DNA of 64,000 nt from a virus: IMG/VR virus record IMGVR_UViG_3300050821_004478; one strand, 5' to 3'. Below the pieces are notes generated by a model, which was not told where the DNA came from, searched no databases, and saw nothing but the letters and a program-made list of their open reading frames with translations. A program made the position numbers and the translations under genes. Every line of letters starts with the position of its first letter. Within the stretch, counting starts at the first letter, position 1. This document shows positions 7,246-14,972 of the stretch, one piece after another.

Positions 7246-7406
7246 GTTTAGGCAGACCTGCGATGCGCAAGGGAGAAGAACGCAAAATCAAATCGAGTAT
7301 CGCGCTCCACGACAAGATCATGCGCGAATACATCCAGGCAGGGTGGACACTGGAACAAGCCAGCAAGAAGGCGCTGCAAGATATGTTGAAAGGGAGGAAG
7401 TCATGA
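7242..7406 (+). CDS. Small basic protein (54 aa), possible ribbon-helix-helix
   Basis: Translation MSLGRPAMRKGEERKIKSSIALHDKIMREYIQAGWTLEQASKKALQDMLKGRKS. ATGA coupling at both ends. Confidence 0.4.
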   Translation: MSLGRPAMRKGEERKIKSSIALHDKIMREYIQAGWTLEQASKKALQDMLKGRKS

Positions 7407-7582
7407 ATATATGCGGATGCGGCAGCGGTGAGCAAAGCTGGTGGGAACACGATGCACAAGGCATTCCGCTTTGTCGCGTGTGCGGCGAGTGTGTCGACGA
7501 TAAGCTATCACGGTATCGCCCCGAGATTCTAACGGGATACACCCAGGCCGATGTGGACGAGGCAATCGAGGAGGACGTATGA
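7403..7582 (+). CDS. Cys-rich small protein (59 aa)
   Basis: AGGGAGGAAG SD. Sequence MNICGCGSGEQ...CRVCGEC. Confidence 0.6.
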   Translation: MNICGCGSGEQSWWEHDAQGIPLCRVCGECVDDKLSRYRPEILTGYTQADVDEAIEEDV

Positions 7583-7659
7583 CCGACCGCGAACTGATGG
7601 ACCGACTTCTGGAACTGCGCATTAAACGTTTGGAGCAAGAGATCAGGAGGACGAATTGA
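7579..7659 (+). CDS. Micro-ORF (26 aa)
   Basis: GAGGAGGAC SD. ATGA coupling upstream and a TTGA overlap downstream. Confidence 0.3.
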   Translation: MTDRELMDRLLELRIKRLEQEIRRTN

Positions 7660-7841
7660 AAGTAAAATGTCCACTCTGCAAAAAGCTGGTGCGTCTCGAA
7701 TCTCTCGCCACTAACACAAAGGGCGAGCCTATCATGGTCTGGCATTTAGAGACACCCAGCAGCCGGTGCTTAGGTAGTAACAAGTCTGAACGTTACACAC
7801 AAGATATCCTATTCCTTCAAAGCACTATCCACGTCGGCTAG
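7656..7841 (+). CDS. Small zinc-ribbon-like protein (61 aa)
   Basis: TTG start 6 nt after AGGAGG. Contains a CPLC motif. Confidence 0.45.
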   Translation: MKVKCPLCKKLVRLESLATNTKGEPIMVWHLETPSSRCLGSNKSERYTQDILFLQSTIHVG

Positions 7842-7854
7842 TACTAACGTACCA

Positions 7855-7883
7855 TTGACGGAATTCGAGATCGGTGGGATAAT
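7855..7883 (+). promoter_or_regulatory. Promoter GTAC..GTACCA-TTGACG-17-GATAAT
   Basis: ttgacg gaattcgagatcggtgg gataat. The spacer ends in gatcggtgg, as at 13131-13139. Confidence 0.65.
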
Positions 7884-7901
7884 TCAAATATGGAGGCAAT
7901 C

Positions 7902-8198
7902 ATGAACTGCGCAACATGCAACGCAAAGATTCCCACACTCGCGAGGCGTCAGAATCGCGTCAATGAAGCACTTGCCAAACTCGGGCAGATATACCACAAG
8001 TATAACCCGGTCGAGAAGATTCAAGACATCCTGATGGAAAGCGGATTCGAAGCGACATCATCTTACTACTCAGAGTTTACCGGGACCTGCGGCGCATCAA
8101 AGGGATATAGCGAGGCCGTAGGCGATGGCAAGTGGCTGCACGTGTCTTTGTACCGCATGGAGTCCGGCAATTACGAGATCGTGGCTTATGTCAACTAA
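7902..8198 (+). CDS. Hypothetical protein (98 aa; alternative start 7890)
   Basis: ATG 7902 has a GGAGG SD. The in-frame ATG 7890 sits 7 nt after the -10, a possible leaderless start. Confidence 0.6.
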   Translation: MNCATCNAKIPTLARRQNRVNEALAKLGQIYHKYNPVEKIQDILMESGFEATSSYYSEFTGTCGASKGYSEAVGDGKWLHVSLYRMESGNYEIVAYVN

Positions 8199-8202
8199 AC
8201 TC

Positions 8203-8274
8203 ATGACACTGATGTTCATCTTCAAATTCACCGCCCTGGCGCTGCTCGGGCTGATACACGGGAGGAAATACTAA
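8203..8274 (+). CDS. Micro-ORF, hydrophobic peptide (23 aa)
   Basis: Translation MTLMFIFKFTALALLGLIHGRKY. Stop overlaps the next ATG (TAATG). No SD. Confidence 0.3.
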   Translation: MTLMFIFKFTALALLGLIHGRKY

Positions 8275-8435
8275 TGCGAATCGAATTTAAGCAAGACGGA
8301 AAGATCGTCAAAACGTTTGTCACAAAAACGTCACGCGGATTTAATAAGAAACAGAGAGCCGAGATTAAAGCCTTCCGCGAACAATTTCGAAAGCAAGGCG
8401 CTGTCTTGGCACCGGTGAAATATGAACTGGAATAA
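8274..8435 (+). CDS. Hypothetical basic protein (53 aa)
   Basis: GGGAGGAAA SD. Translation MRIEFKQDGKIVKTFVTKTSRGFNKKQRAEIKAFREQFRKQGAVLAPVKYELE. Confidence 0.55.
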   Translation: MRIEFKQDGKIVKTFVTKTSRGFNKKQRAEIKAFREQFRKQGAVLAPVKYELE

Positions 8436-8622
8436 AGTCTCAAACGGGTTACCTACTGAGTATGGTGTATACCTTGTAATCAGAACTTTGGAACACGACA
8501 GTGGTTACATTTCTAGTCACATGGACACATGCGTATTTTATCCAAACACACAGCGCTGGTATGACAGAGGATTTTTATATACACATTGGATTGGCCCGCT
8601 ATCGATGCCAGAGGAACTATGA
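8422..8622 (+). CDS. DUF551-like phage protein (66 aa)
   Basis: The N-terminus 'MNWNKVSNGLPTEYGVYLV' matches the DUF551 pattern (W-x-x-V-x-x-x-LP) as I recall it. Confidence 0.4.
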   Translation: MNWNKVSNGLPTEYGVYLVIRTLEHDSGYISSHMDTCVFYPNTQRWYDRGFLYTHWIGPLSMPEEL

Positions 8623-8753
8623 ACACCACAAACAGCCAACGCTGTGCATCTTGCCCGACTCAAATCCAGGCCCAGGACCTGCGCGTCAAAATTGGGAAGT
8701 ACACATACTGCGAAACGTGCGGAAAGGAAAGACAAGATGATAAAAAGTCCTGA
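8619..8753 (+). CDS. Zinc-ribbon micro-protein (44 aa)
   Basis: Translation MNTTNSQRCASCPTQ...YCETCGKERQDDKKS. ATGA coupling. Confidence 0.45.
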   Translation: MNTTNSQRCASCPTQIQAQDLRVKIGKYTYCETCGKERQDDKKS

Positions 8754-8798
8754 GATCGGCGTAAATTAGTACTAGTCAAAATCGGTACCTCCGTACTA

Positions 8799-8827
8799 TT
8801 GCATTAAACTTGCTTCCATGAGACCAT
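8799..8827 (+). promoter_or_regulatory. Candidate promoter GGTACCnnnGTACTA-TTGCAT-17-GACCAT
   Basis: Same upstream GGTACC...GTAC block as at 9981 and 13102. The -10 is weak. Confidence 0.35.
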
Positions 8828-8852
8828 GTATCCACTGGAGGAACACCAGATT

Positions 8853-9086
8853 ATGAATATCATAGCAATCTGCAAGGACTGCGGTAACGGAACGCTGAAC
8901 GGTGAAACGAACCCCCAATTTGAACTGGCCGAGATTCACGGTTATGAGACTGTGGTCTGCCTACGCTGCAATCGCTCTCACGTTGACGTGGTCTCAATCG
9001 AAGAACTGGATGGCAGCGAGGAAGACCTCAACTTTGGCCCCGATGGTCGGAAATGGTCTCAGGATACGGAAAGGGTGGCCGAATAA
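8853..9086 (+). CDS. Cys-rich hypothetical protein (77 aa)
   Basis: Start MNIIAICKDCGNG with a GGAGG SD. Two CxxC pairs. Confidence 0.55.
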   Translation: MNIIAICKDCGNGTLNGETNPQFELAEIHGYETVVCLRCNRSHVDVVSIEELDGSEEDLNFGPDGRKWSQDTERVAE

Positions 9087-9373
9087 TGTTTCACCGAAAC
9101 TACGGCAGCCAGTTCTCTCAATACCTCGTCTCTTGTGCCTGTGGCAACAAGACATCTAGGAAGTACGCGCGGGAACACGAAGGCAAGTGCAAGACCTGCG
9201 TCACCGGAGTCGAGCAGACTCCTCGCGGACTCAAGTGCCCGACCTGCGGTGAAATGAGTCTGACGTCTTATCAGAAAGCGCACCACTATCATTGCGACGG
9301 ATGCACCAGGGAAGCCGACCCGGAGGGATATCGCCGGGAAGTCATGGGCCTGAATGATAACTACGGAGACTGA
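9086..9373 (+). CDS. Multi-zinc-finger hypothetical protein (95 aa)
   Basis: TAATG coupling. Motifs CAC, CKTC, CPTC and CDGC. Confidence 0.55.
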   Translation: MFHRNYGSQFSQYLVSCACGNKTSRKYAREHEGKCKTCVTGVEQTPRGLKCPTCGEMSLTSYQKAHHYHCDGCTREADPEGYRREVMGLNDNYGD

Positions 9374-9374
9374 C

Positions 9375-10004
9375 ATGCTCACGCACACCTCAGACGCGGG
9401 ACGCAGCAAGACTCACCCATTCGAGACGCGCGACTGCAGCGTGATTGCTCTGGCGCACAGCGTGGGCATATCGTACGCCGAGGCCCACACGATTTGTGCA
9501 CAGCAAGGTCGACGCAATCGTCGCGGGATGCGCGACTGCGACATTCAATCTGTGCTCACCAAAATGAAAAACAGCGGCCAGATTCTGGATGTCATTTTTA
9601 AGCCTTACATTCGTATGCGCCCCGCTTTCAACACCTGTAGTCCTGCAGTCATTCAAGGATACAGAATGTACGCGCGTCGCCCCAGGCAGACAGGCAGCAC
9701 AGTAGCAGCCGCGCTGCGCCACCTGCCACGTAAAGGGCGATTCTACCTGACCTGCACCTCCCACGCATTTGCATACGTTGACGGCGTGCTATTCGACAAT
9801 CTAGGCAAGAGCAAGATGCGTGCGCTCATGACATCTTGCTGGGAGATCATACAGCCAGCCCAGCCGACGATAGAAGTCTTGCCTCAGGCCGCTGTGGTCG
9901 CACCAGCGCCGCCTGCAGTCGAGGCCCGACCCCGCTTCGATGCTGCAGAATACCAGCGCCGCGCAGTACTAGCAAAGATCGGTACCTTTGTACCATTGCA
10001 ATAA
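9375..10004 (+). CDS. Hypothetical protein (209 aa), possible Cys/His peptidase-like fold
   Basis: Start MLTHTSD with a GGAG SD. The 'DCSVIALAH' and 'SHAFAYVDGVLFDN' spacing resembles papain-like Cys...His...Asp. This is weak evidence. Confidence 0.3.
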   Translation: MLTHTSDAGRSKTHPFETRDCSVIALAHSVGISYAEAHTICAQQGRRNRRGMRDCDIQSVLTKMKNSGQILDVIFKPYIRMRPAFNTCSPAVIQGYRMYARRPRQTGSTVAAALRHLPRKGRFYLTCTSHAFAYVDGVLFDNLGKSKMRALMTSCWEIIQPAQPTIEVLPQAAVVAPAPPAVEARPRFDAAEYQRRAVLAKIGTFVPLQ

Positions 10005-10024
10005 ACTCGAATTCGCGGTACACT
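9996..10024 (+). promoter_or_regulatory. Promoter GGTACCnnnGTACCA-TTGCAA-17-TACACT
   Basis: ggtacctttgtaccattgcaa taaactcgaattcgcgg tacact. Confidence 0.5.
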
Positions 10025-10043
10025 TCAAACACTGGAGAACATA

Positions 10044-10223
10044 ATGCAGAGACCAACACAGCGGCAAATCAAGAACGCACTCACCAAGCTGGCGAGTGCA
10101 AACCCCGGCGTCGAGTATCGGGTGCTGTATGCAAGCAATGGCGAGGTGGCAATTATCTCGGAGCGCTATTACCAAGCGGCGACCACTAACCCGCTCGGTC
10201 AACTTGGGAGCATGGTGCGATAA
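10044..10223 (+). CDS. Hypothetical protein (59 aa)
   Basis: GGAG SD. Stop overlaps the next ATG (TAATG). Confidence 0.5.
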   Translation: MQRPTQRQIKNALTKLASANPGVEYRVLYASNGEVAIISERYYQAATTNPLGQLGSMVR

Positions 10224-10393
10224 TGAGCAAAGGCGAGCGTTACCAGATACGCGCAAAGATTTCGATGCTCTACCGGGAGGCAAATTTGTTCGAAGACAGG
10301 CAGAGCGAGGCTGGTCGAGTTAAGGCCCGGGAGCTACGTCAGGAAGCTGATTTGATGAACGAAGGACTGAAAGCCACGAGGAGGCAATCATGA
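10223..10393 (+). CDS. Hypothetical coiled-coil protein (56 aa)
   Basis: Coupled at both ends. Confidence 0.5.
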   Translation: MSKGERYQIRAKISMLYREANLFEDRQSEAGRVKARELRQEADLMNEGLKATRRQS

Positions 10394-10476
10394 CTGGATT
10401 GATTATTCCTGTATTTGTCGTGTATCTCATTCTCAAGGCCAAGAAGATCGAGCGCAAGTTAGCGGCGCAGTCTTGA
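10390..10476 (+). CDS. Micro-ORF, single-TM peptide (28 aa)
   Basis: Translation MTGLIIPVFVVYLILKAKKIERKLAAQS. AGGAGG SD and ATGA coupling. Confidence 0.45.
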   Translation: MTGLIIPVFVVYLILKAKKIERKLAAQS

Positions 10477-10706
10477 AAGTACGCGTCCCATTTTCTGTGC
10501 AGGTACTTGAATGTCAGGACCCGGCGCAGGCCACGAGCAACGCGTGGTATCTATACGGACTCGGCCAGCATCGAACGCGTGTTTACGATAGACTTACTCC
10601 TTGGAAGACACGCACCGCAACGTTGTGGGGCTACTGGCGTCAAAGTTATCTCGGCAGCATGTTGCTTACGCTGCCATCACAAACTTACACTTGGAGGCAA
10701 TCATGA
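10473..10706 (+). CDS. Hypothetical Trp/Arg-rich protein (77 aa)
   Basis: TTG start overlaps the upstream TGA, and the stop overlaps the next ATG. Composition is atypical, so this may be non-coding. Confidence 0.35.
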   Translation: MKVRVPFSVQVLECQDPAQATSNAWYLYGLGQHRTRVYDRLTPWKTRTATLWGYWRQSYLGSMLLTLPSQTYTWRQS

Positions 10707-11032
10707 TATTTCGAATCACACCGGAAGAAAGAAAGTTAATCGTGGATGCGCTGCGTATGCTTTCTCAAGAATACCGCACGTTATCGGAGTCGAATATAAG
10801 CGCGTACCTGCGCGACGGCTTCGAACAGGATGCGAATCTCATTCGCACACTGGCTGACCGCGCCACAGTATTGTCGGAGCAACTCACCACCACTGTTATG
10901 AACGCGGAGGCCCTTAGTTTGATGCAGGGCGGTTACAAGATCGATGCAATCAAGCTGGTGCGCGCCAACGCAATTCTGGGCTTGAAAGAAGCCAAAGATT
11001 ACGTGGAGAAACTCGAAAGGGAGGCAGTGTGA
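10703..11032 (+). CDS. Protein with ribosomal L7/L12 C-terminal-domain-like segment (109 aa)
   Basis: GGAGG SD. The C-terminus '[27 protein letters not shown]' parallels the L7/L12 segment '[27 protein letters not shown]'. Confidence 0.55.
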   Translation: [109 protein letters not shown]

Positions 11033-11235
11033 GCGACGCATACGTAGACGGATTCTGCCACGGCTGCGGGTTGAAGCGGTCAGTATGCAGCAGTCTTATG
11101 GACGCTGGAATGCCACATGCGGAGCGCCGCAGTAGAGCGCGCGGCACCGGCACCTTTACACGCATCCTCGATATCACGTACACCCAGATTCGGAAGACGG
11201 AGGCAGAAAATGAGCAGACTCGCAAGGGCAATTGA
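11029..11235 (+). CDS. Hypothetical protein (68 aa)
   Basis: GTG start overlapping the upstream TGA. Confidence 0.4.
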   Translation: MSDAYVDGFCHGCGLKRSVCSSLMDAGMPHAERRSRARGTGTFTRILDITYTQIRKTEAENEQTRKGN

Positions 11236-11512
11236 GATTCTGGAAGCGATCAACATGTTTTATCAGCAAGGCGATGGCATGGCGACACCGCTGTATCCTG
11301 GCGCGCTGATATTAGAAGGCGACGTCACTATAGCAGACGCAATCGCAGAGTGCCTTGGCCCCGAGGAGTGTGGGCCTATCGTACCGCGCAGCAAGCGCCG
11401 CACCTATGGTTTCAATGAGCATACCGGATGGTCGGGCTGGATTGGCAAGTGCAAGGTTAAGAGATTCGAAACAGGAGAAGAGGCACTGCGATGGGCAAAC
11501 GAACAAAGCTAA
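11210..11512 (+). CDS. Hypothetical protein (100 aa)
   Basis: Start MSRLARAIE with a GGAGGCAGAAA SD. Confidence 0.55.
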   Translation: MSRLARAIEILEAINMFYQQGDGMATPLYPGALILEGDVTIADAIAECLGPEECGPIVPRSKRRTYGFNEHTGWSGWIGKCKVKRFETGEEALRWANEQS

Positions 11513-11691
11513 CAGGGGTCTTCGATCAAGCCACCAACGCGCGCCGGGTGGCCCGAAATCAGGCACAGAAGCCTGGAGCTACGCGCAAGATCGAAGACAA
11601 GCGCAGGAAGCCACCAAAACACCACAGGCAGGCAGAGGAGGTCCAATACGAAGTGGCCTATAGGCCGAGTATCGACTATGGCGGGCATTAA
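11491..11691 (+). CDS. Highly basic hypothetical protein (66 aa)
   Basis: ORF track. Confidence 0.45.
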   Translation: MGKRTKLTGVFDQATNARRVARNQAQKPGATRKIEDKRRKPPKHHRQAEEVQYEVAYRPSIDYGGH

Positions 11692-11703
11692 ACTAAAGTA
11701 CTA

Positions 11704-11732
11704 TTGACACATTTCGGGATTCATGAGATACT
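11704..11732 (+). promoter_or_regulatory. Promoter AAAGTACTA-TTGACA-17-GATACT
   Basis: ttgaca catttcgggattcatga gatact. Confidence 0.65.
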
Positions 11733-11778
11733 GTGAACACTGAGGAACGGCACGAAGCCGCCTCACTTAGGAGCAACA

Positions 11779-12585
11779 ATGAATAACTTCACGACACGGG
11801 AACTGACCAACGAGGAACTGCAGCAGCGGGCACCATCAATTTTCGCCGGTCAACCCTACTCGGGACAGTCTTCACGCTACACTTTCATCCCCACGTCAGA
11901 CATCATCGATGAAATGCGCAAGAACGGTTTCGTTCCCGTTTCTGCACAGCAGTCCTCTTCCCGCATCGTGGGCAAGGAATTGTTCACGAAGCATCTAATC
12001 CGCTTCCGTCAGATGAACCTGAATGTCACCTCCGTTGGTGAATACATTCTGGAGGCCGTGATGTCCAACGCGCATGATGGCACCTCTACTTACGATTTGT
12101 CCTGCGGCGTCTTCCGCGTCCGTTGCTTGAATGGCTTGATCGTGGCAGAGGCCACTTGCAAGTCGGTCAAGATTCGGCACACCGGTAACATTTTGGACCG
12201 CGTCATCGAAGAAACGAACAACATCATGGGGCAGGCCCCCAAGATTGCCGAGACCATCGGAAAGTGGCAGGGAATTCAACTCACAGACGCCCAGGCACTG
12301 CAAATGGCCGTCGAGGCCCACGCTGCACGCTTCGAAGACAGCCCCCTGGCGGAACGCGTTACCCCCGCTTCCCTACTCGCTGCCCGTCGCTATGACGACA
12401 ACAAACAAGACCTGTGGACCGTTCTTAACCGCATCCAAGAGAACGTGATTCGCGGCGGCGTACGCGGTGAGCGTCTCACCTCCAACGAGCGTCGTATCCG
12501 GACTCGTGAAGTCAAGAGCATCGACAATCTGGTCAACCTGAATCAAGTTATCTGGGCCAGCGCGGAGCGCATGGCAGCAGCCTAG
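11779..12585 (+). CDS. DUF932-family phage/plasmid protein (268 aa)
   Basis: Motifs 'SRYTFIPT', 'NAHDGTSTYD', 'GVFRVRCLNGLI', 'DLWTVLNRIQENVIRGG' and 'NQVIWASAE' match conserved DUF932 blocks as I recall them. Confidence 0.75.
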   Translation: MNNFTTRELTNEELQQRAPSIFAGQPYSGQSSRYTFIPTSDIIDEMRKNGFVPVSAQQSSSRIVGKELFTKHLIRFRQMNLNVTSVGEYILEAVMSNAHDGTSTYDLSCGVFRVRCLNGLIVAEATCKSVKIRHTGNILDRVIEETNNIMGQAPKIAETIGKWQGIQLTDAQALQMAVEAHAARFEDSPLAERVTPASLLAARRYDDNKQDLWTVLNRIQENVIRGGVRGERLTSNERRIRTREVKSIDNLVNLNQVIWASAERMAAA

Positions 12586-12597
12586 ATGCGAATCAAG

Positions 12598-12617
12598 GGG
12601 GCGGGATGGCTCGCCCC
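12598..12617 (+). terminator. Weak stem-loop after the DUF932 gene
   Basis: ggggcg-ggatggct-cgcccc. No clear U-tract. Confidence 0.3.
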
Positions 12618-12651
12618 TCTAGTTCGACTCTAGTCGAGAAAGGAAGTGCAC

Positions 12652-13092
12652 ATGTCATTTCAAATTGGAGATAAGGTTTTTATTCCCGCGTCCGCGAATA
12701 GTTACTGGACAGGCGAAGGTGTAGTCACGCGCCTTTGTATTGAAGATGAATATATTCTCGTGAACATGCTCACCGGGCGAGCGACCGGAAAGACAGGTGG
12801 CTTCGAAGCAAGGGATTTGCGACCGGCAGGTGCCAATGACAGCGTGATGGAGATCGTCAGCATCAAACGAACGAAGCACAAGGACACCGGCCTGAAAGTA
12901 TACGGACAGGTACTAGGCGAATCTGGTAAGACCTACCGCTTCGCGTACTTCCGTCGCAAGACCTTTCGCGGTTGGATTTGTTCCTGCGACAATTTCATGA
13001 TGTCCCAATTCGCGAAGGGATTGAACTGCAAGCACCTCCAGTTCGTTCGCAACCAAGTCGGGCGGTATGCCGCCAGCGTGCCGAAGTCATAG
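12652..13092 (+). CDS. SWIM zinc-finger protein (146 aa)
   Basis: The C-terminal 'WICSCDNFMMSQFAKGLNCKHLQF' fits CxCxnCxH. AAAGGAAG SD. Confidence 0.7.
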   Translation: MSFQIGDKVFIPASANSYWTGEGVVTRLCIEDEYILVNMLTGRATGKTGGFEARDLRPAGANDSVMEIVSIKRTKHKDTGLKVYGQVLGESGKTYRFAYFRRKTFRGWICSCDNFMMSQFAKGLNCKHLQFVRNQVGRYAASVPKS

Positions 13093-13116
13093 GACTTTTT
13101 CGGTACCAAAGTACTA

Positions 13117-13145
13117 TTGCAAGAAAACTAGATCGGTGGTAGGCT
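13117..13145 (+). promoter_or_regulatory. Promoter GGTACCnnnGTACTA-TTGCAA-17-TAGGCT
   Basis: cggtaccaaagtactattgcaa gaaaactagatcggtgg taggct. Confidence 0.5.
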
Positions 13146-13151
13146 GGTTTT

Positions 13152-13372
13152 AGTAGAGCACAGGAGGAAGACCTGAGAGACCTTCCTCCCGGCCAGATGC
13201 TTCTCGCAGAGGGGCACGACCAATGTCGCGTCCGACACCGAAGAGGGGAAAACCCTCACCTTGGCGAGTCGGGGAGCGCGACTAGGTTAGACCCGGGAAC
13301 GGCCAAAGGTCCAAGGCCCTTCTGCTAGGCGCATCGATTGCACAATATCGTCCCATTTTTCAAAATTGCACA
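13152..13372 (+). ncRNA. Structured ~220-nt untranslated leader or small RNA (unclassified)
   Basis: No credible ORF. An 8-bp hairpin ggaggaag/cttcctcc lies at 13163-13189. A second hairpin (stem gaggg/ccctc, loop gaaaa) and further GC stems follow. Lies directly downstream of promoter 13117-13145. Confidence 0.3.
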
Positions 13373-13382
13373 GGAGCGTACA

Positions 13383-13493
13383 TTGAGTCCTAATTTTGGC
13401 GAGGCAGGCGGCTGGATAATTTTCTTCATATTGATGGGCATTATCGCTATCAACATGATCGACATGGGCCGCGTGAAAGGCAGGCACGAATGA
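13383..13493 (+). CDS. Micro-ORF, TM peptide (36 aa)
   Basis: TTG lies 5 nt after AGGAG. Hydrophobic core GGWIIFFILMGIIAI. Stop overlaps the next ATG. Confidence 0.4.
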   Translation: MSPNFGEAGGWIIFFILMGIIAINMIDMGRVKGRHE

Positions 13494-13669
13494 GCGCCGA
13501 GTGGACACTGGAGCCAAAGCTTTGCTTTTTCTGCACAGAATTAGACGAGGGGTATGCCCTGCAAGATAAGAAAGGTGAATGGCAGGCGTCGTGTTGGGAG
13601 TGCTGTAAGAAGCGTCTCAAATCTTTGCAGTCACAAAAGATAGAGGAGGACCCGGCCAATGGCTTCTGA
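13490..13669 (+). CDS. Zinc-ribbon protein (59 aa)
   Basis: Translation MSAEWTLEPKLCFFC...SCWECCKK. ATGA coupling. Confidence 0.5.
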   Translation: MSAEWTLEPKLCFFCTELDEGYALQDKKGEWQASCWECCKKRLKSLQSQKIEEDPANGF

Positions 13670-13820
13670 ACTGATGAAGAACCAGCGCGTCACAGTGCTG
13701 CAGGAACGCGGCACACAAGCAGAGGCAATTGTTCTCGACACACTTGAGAGCGGCAAGCGCGTCATAATTTTGGTTGAAGGACGAATACAGATTGTCGATA
13801 GAGAGGATATACAGTCATGA
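13659..13820 (+). CDS. Hypothetical protein (53 aa)
   Basis: AGAGGAGGA SD. Confidence 0.5.
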   Translation: MASELMKNQRVTVLQERGTQAEAIVLDTLESGKRVIILVEGRIQIVDREDIQS

Positions 13821-13966
13821 GCAAGACTTGGAAACACGCAAACAGCCGCACCCAAACTACCGACGCGTCGCCCCAGGCGACGATTGACCGTCTGCGCAAG
13901 GCGGAAGCCCAGAACGAGATTCGCGAGGCCCTACAGCCTCCTCAGGAGGCACAGCATGCTGAATAA
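13817..13966 (+). CDS. Hypothetical protein (49 aa)
   Basis: ATGA coupling. Confidence 0.4.
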   Translation: MSKTWKHANSRTQTTDASPQATIDRLRKAEAQNEIREALQPPQEAQHAE

Positions 13967-14168
13967 TACGCCGTTCCACAGTCCCCTCTGGCCAATCCAG
14001 ACGGCCCATCAAATTTTCTGGGAGCGCAACAACTGCCCATTCGTTTACGAGTACGACCCGACCGACGACGGGCCGGAAGTCGAGATCGGGCGCGCTATTC
14101 TCACGTCGCACAGAACTGGATTTGATGATTACCCCCCATGCTACGCATACTCGGAGGCCGCGCTGTGA
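13956..14168 (+). CDS. Hypothetical protein (70 aa)
   Basis: Start MLNNTPF with an AGGAGG SD. Confidence 0.55.
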   Translation: MLNNTPFHSPLWPIQTAHQIFWERNNCPFVYEYDPTDDGPEVEIGRAILTSHRTGFDDYPPCYAYSEAAL

Positions 14169-14428
14169 AGCTATCGCTAATCGAGGGCACCGCCATCACC
14201 TTAACATGCACAGGATGCACGCGCACCGGCATCGGAGGCACCGCGCTATATTCTAGCGCGTCGAGCGGAGAAGCGCGCCTGCCCGAATGCTGGTATCAAG
14301 AAAATGATGTGCCGTACTGCATGGAATGTGCCGCCAAACTTACAGAGCAAGACCCGACCCGTTCCATCACACAATTTTACAGTGATACTGATGGCACGAT
14401 CAAGCCGGAACACCTTCCGGACCTTTGA
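14165..14428 (+). CDS. Cys-rich hypothetical protein (87 aa)
   Basis: GTG start overlapping the upstream TGA. GGAGG SD. Confidence 0.5.
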   Translation: MKLSLIEGTAITLTCTGCTRTGIGGTALYSSASSGEARLPECWYQENDVPYCMECAAKLTEQDPTRSITQFYSDTDGTIKPEHLPDL

Positions 14429-14510
14429 AAAGTTTTACTAATTTTCAACGAGCAAGATCAAGCGGGGAGGGGCTACTTACACATAAAATGGAGCCTTAGG
14501 GGAGCACAAT

Positions 14511-14972
14511 GTGAACGACAAAGCAAAAGAACGCGCTCGCGCTAAGCGGCTGATGGACAACTACAAGCTGACCGTCGAAATGTACGATGCGATCTTTGCA
14601 TTTCAAGGCGGCGTTTGTTATGCCTGCGAACAACCGGAGCCTGTGAAAGGCCGTCGACTATCGGTGGACCACGACCACACCACTGGAAAGATTCGCGGGC
14701 TGCTGTGTTCAAGATGCAATCCGTTACTCGGCAAGATCGAGAACGCATACAAACGGTACGGACTCGGCAAGATCACGACTCTCACCGTGGCGATATTCGC
14801 TAAGAGAATCGCGTATTACTTGGAACTAACACCAGCGTGGCTAGCACTCGGCAGAGATCACTTCGGATACCCTGGCCGCACCGGCACTAAGGCACACAGA
14901 AAAAGACTCAGACGAGAGGCTAAATTGATGACCCCCCTGGAACCGCTATTGAACCAAGGAAGAGGTAAATGA
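14511..14972 (+). CDS. Recombination endonuclease VII family nuclease (153 aa)
   Basis: Motif 'GGVCYACE...LSVDHDHTTGKIRGLLCSRCNPLLG' is the Endonuclease_7 signature. Confidence 0.8.
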   Translation: MNDKAKERARAKRLMDNYKLTVEMYDAIFAFQGGVCYACEQPEPVKGRRLSVDHDHTTGKIRGLLCSRCNPLLGKIENAYKRYGLGKITTLTVAIFAKRIAYYLELTPAWLALGRDHFGYPGRTGTKAHRKRLRREAKLMTPLEPLLNQGRGK

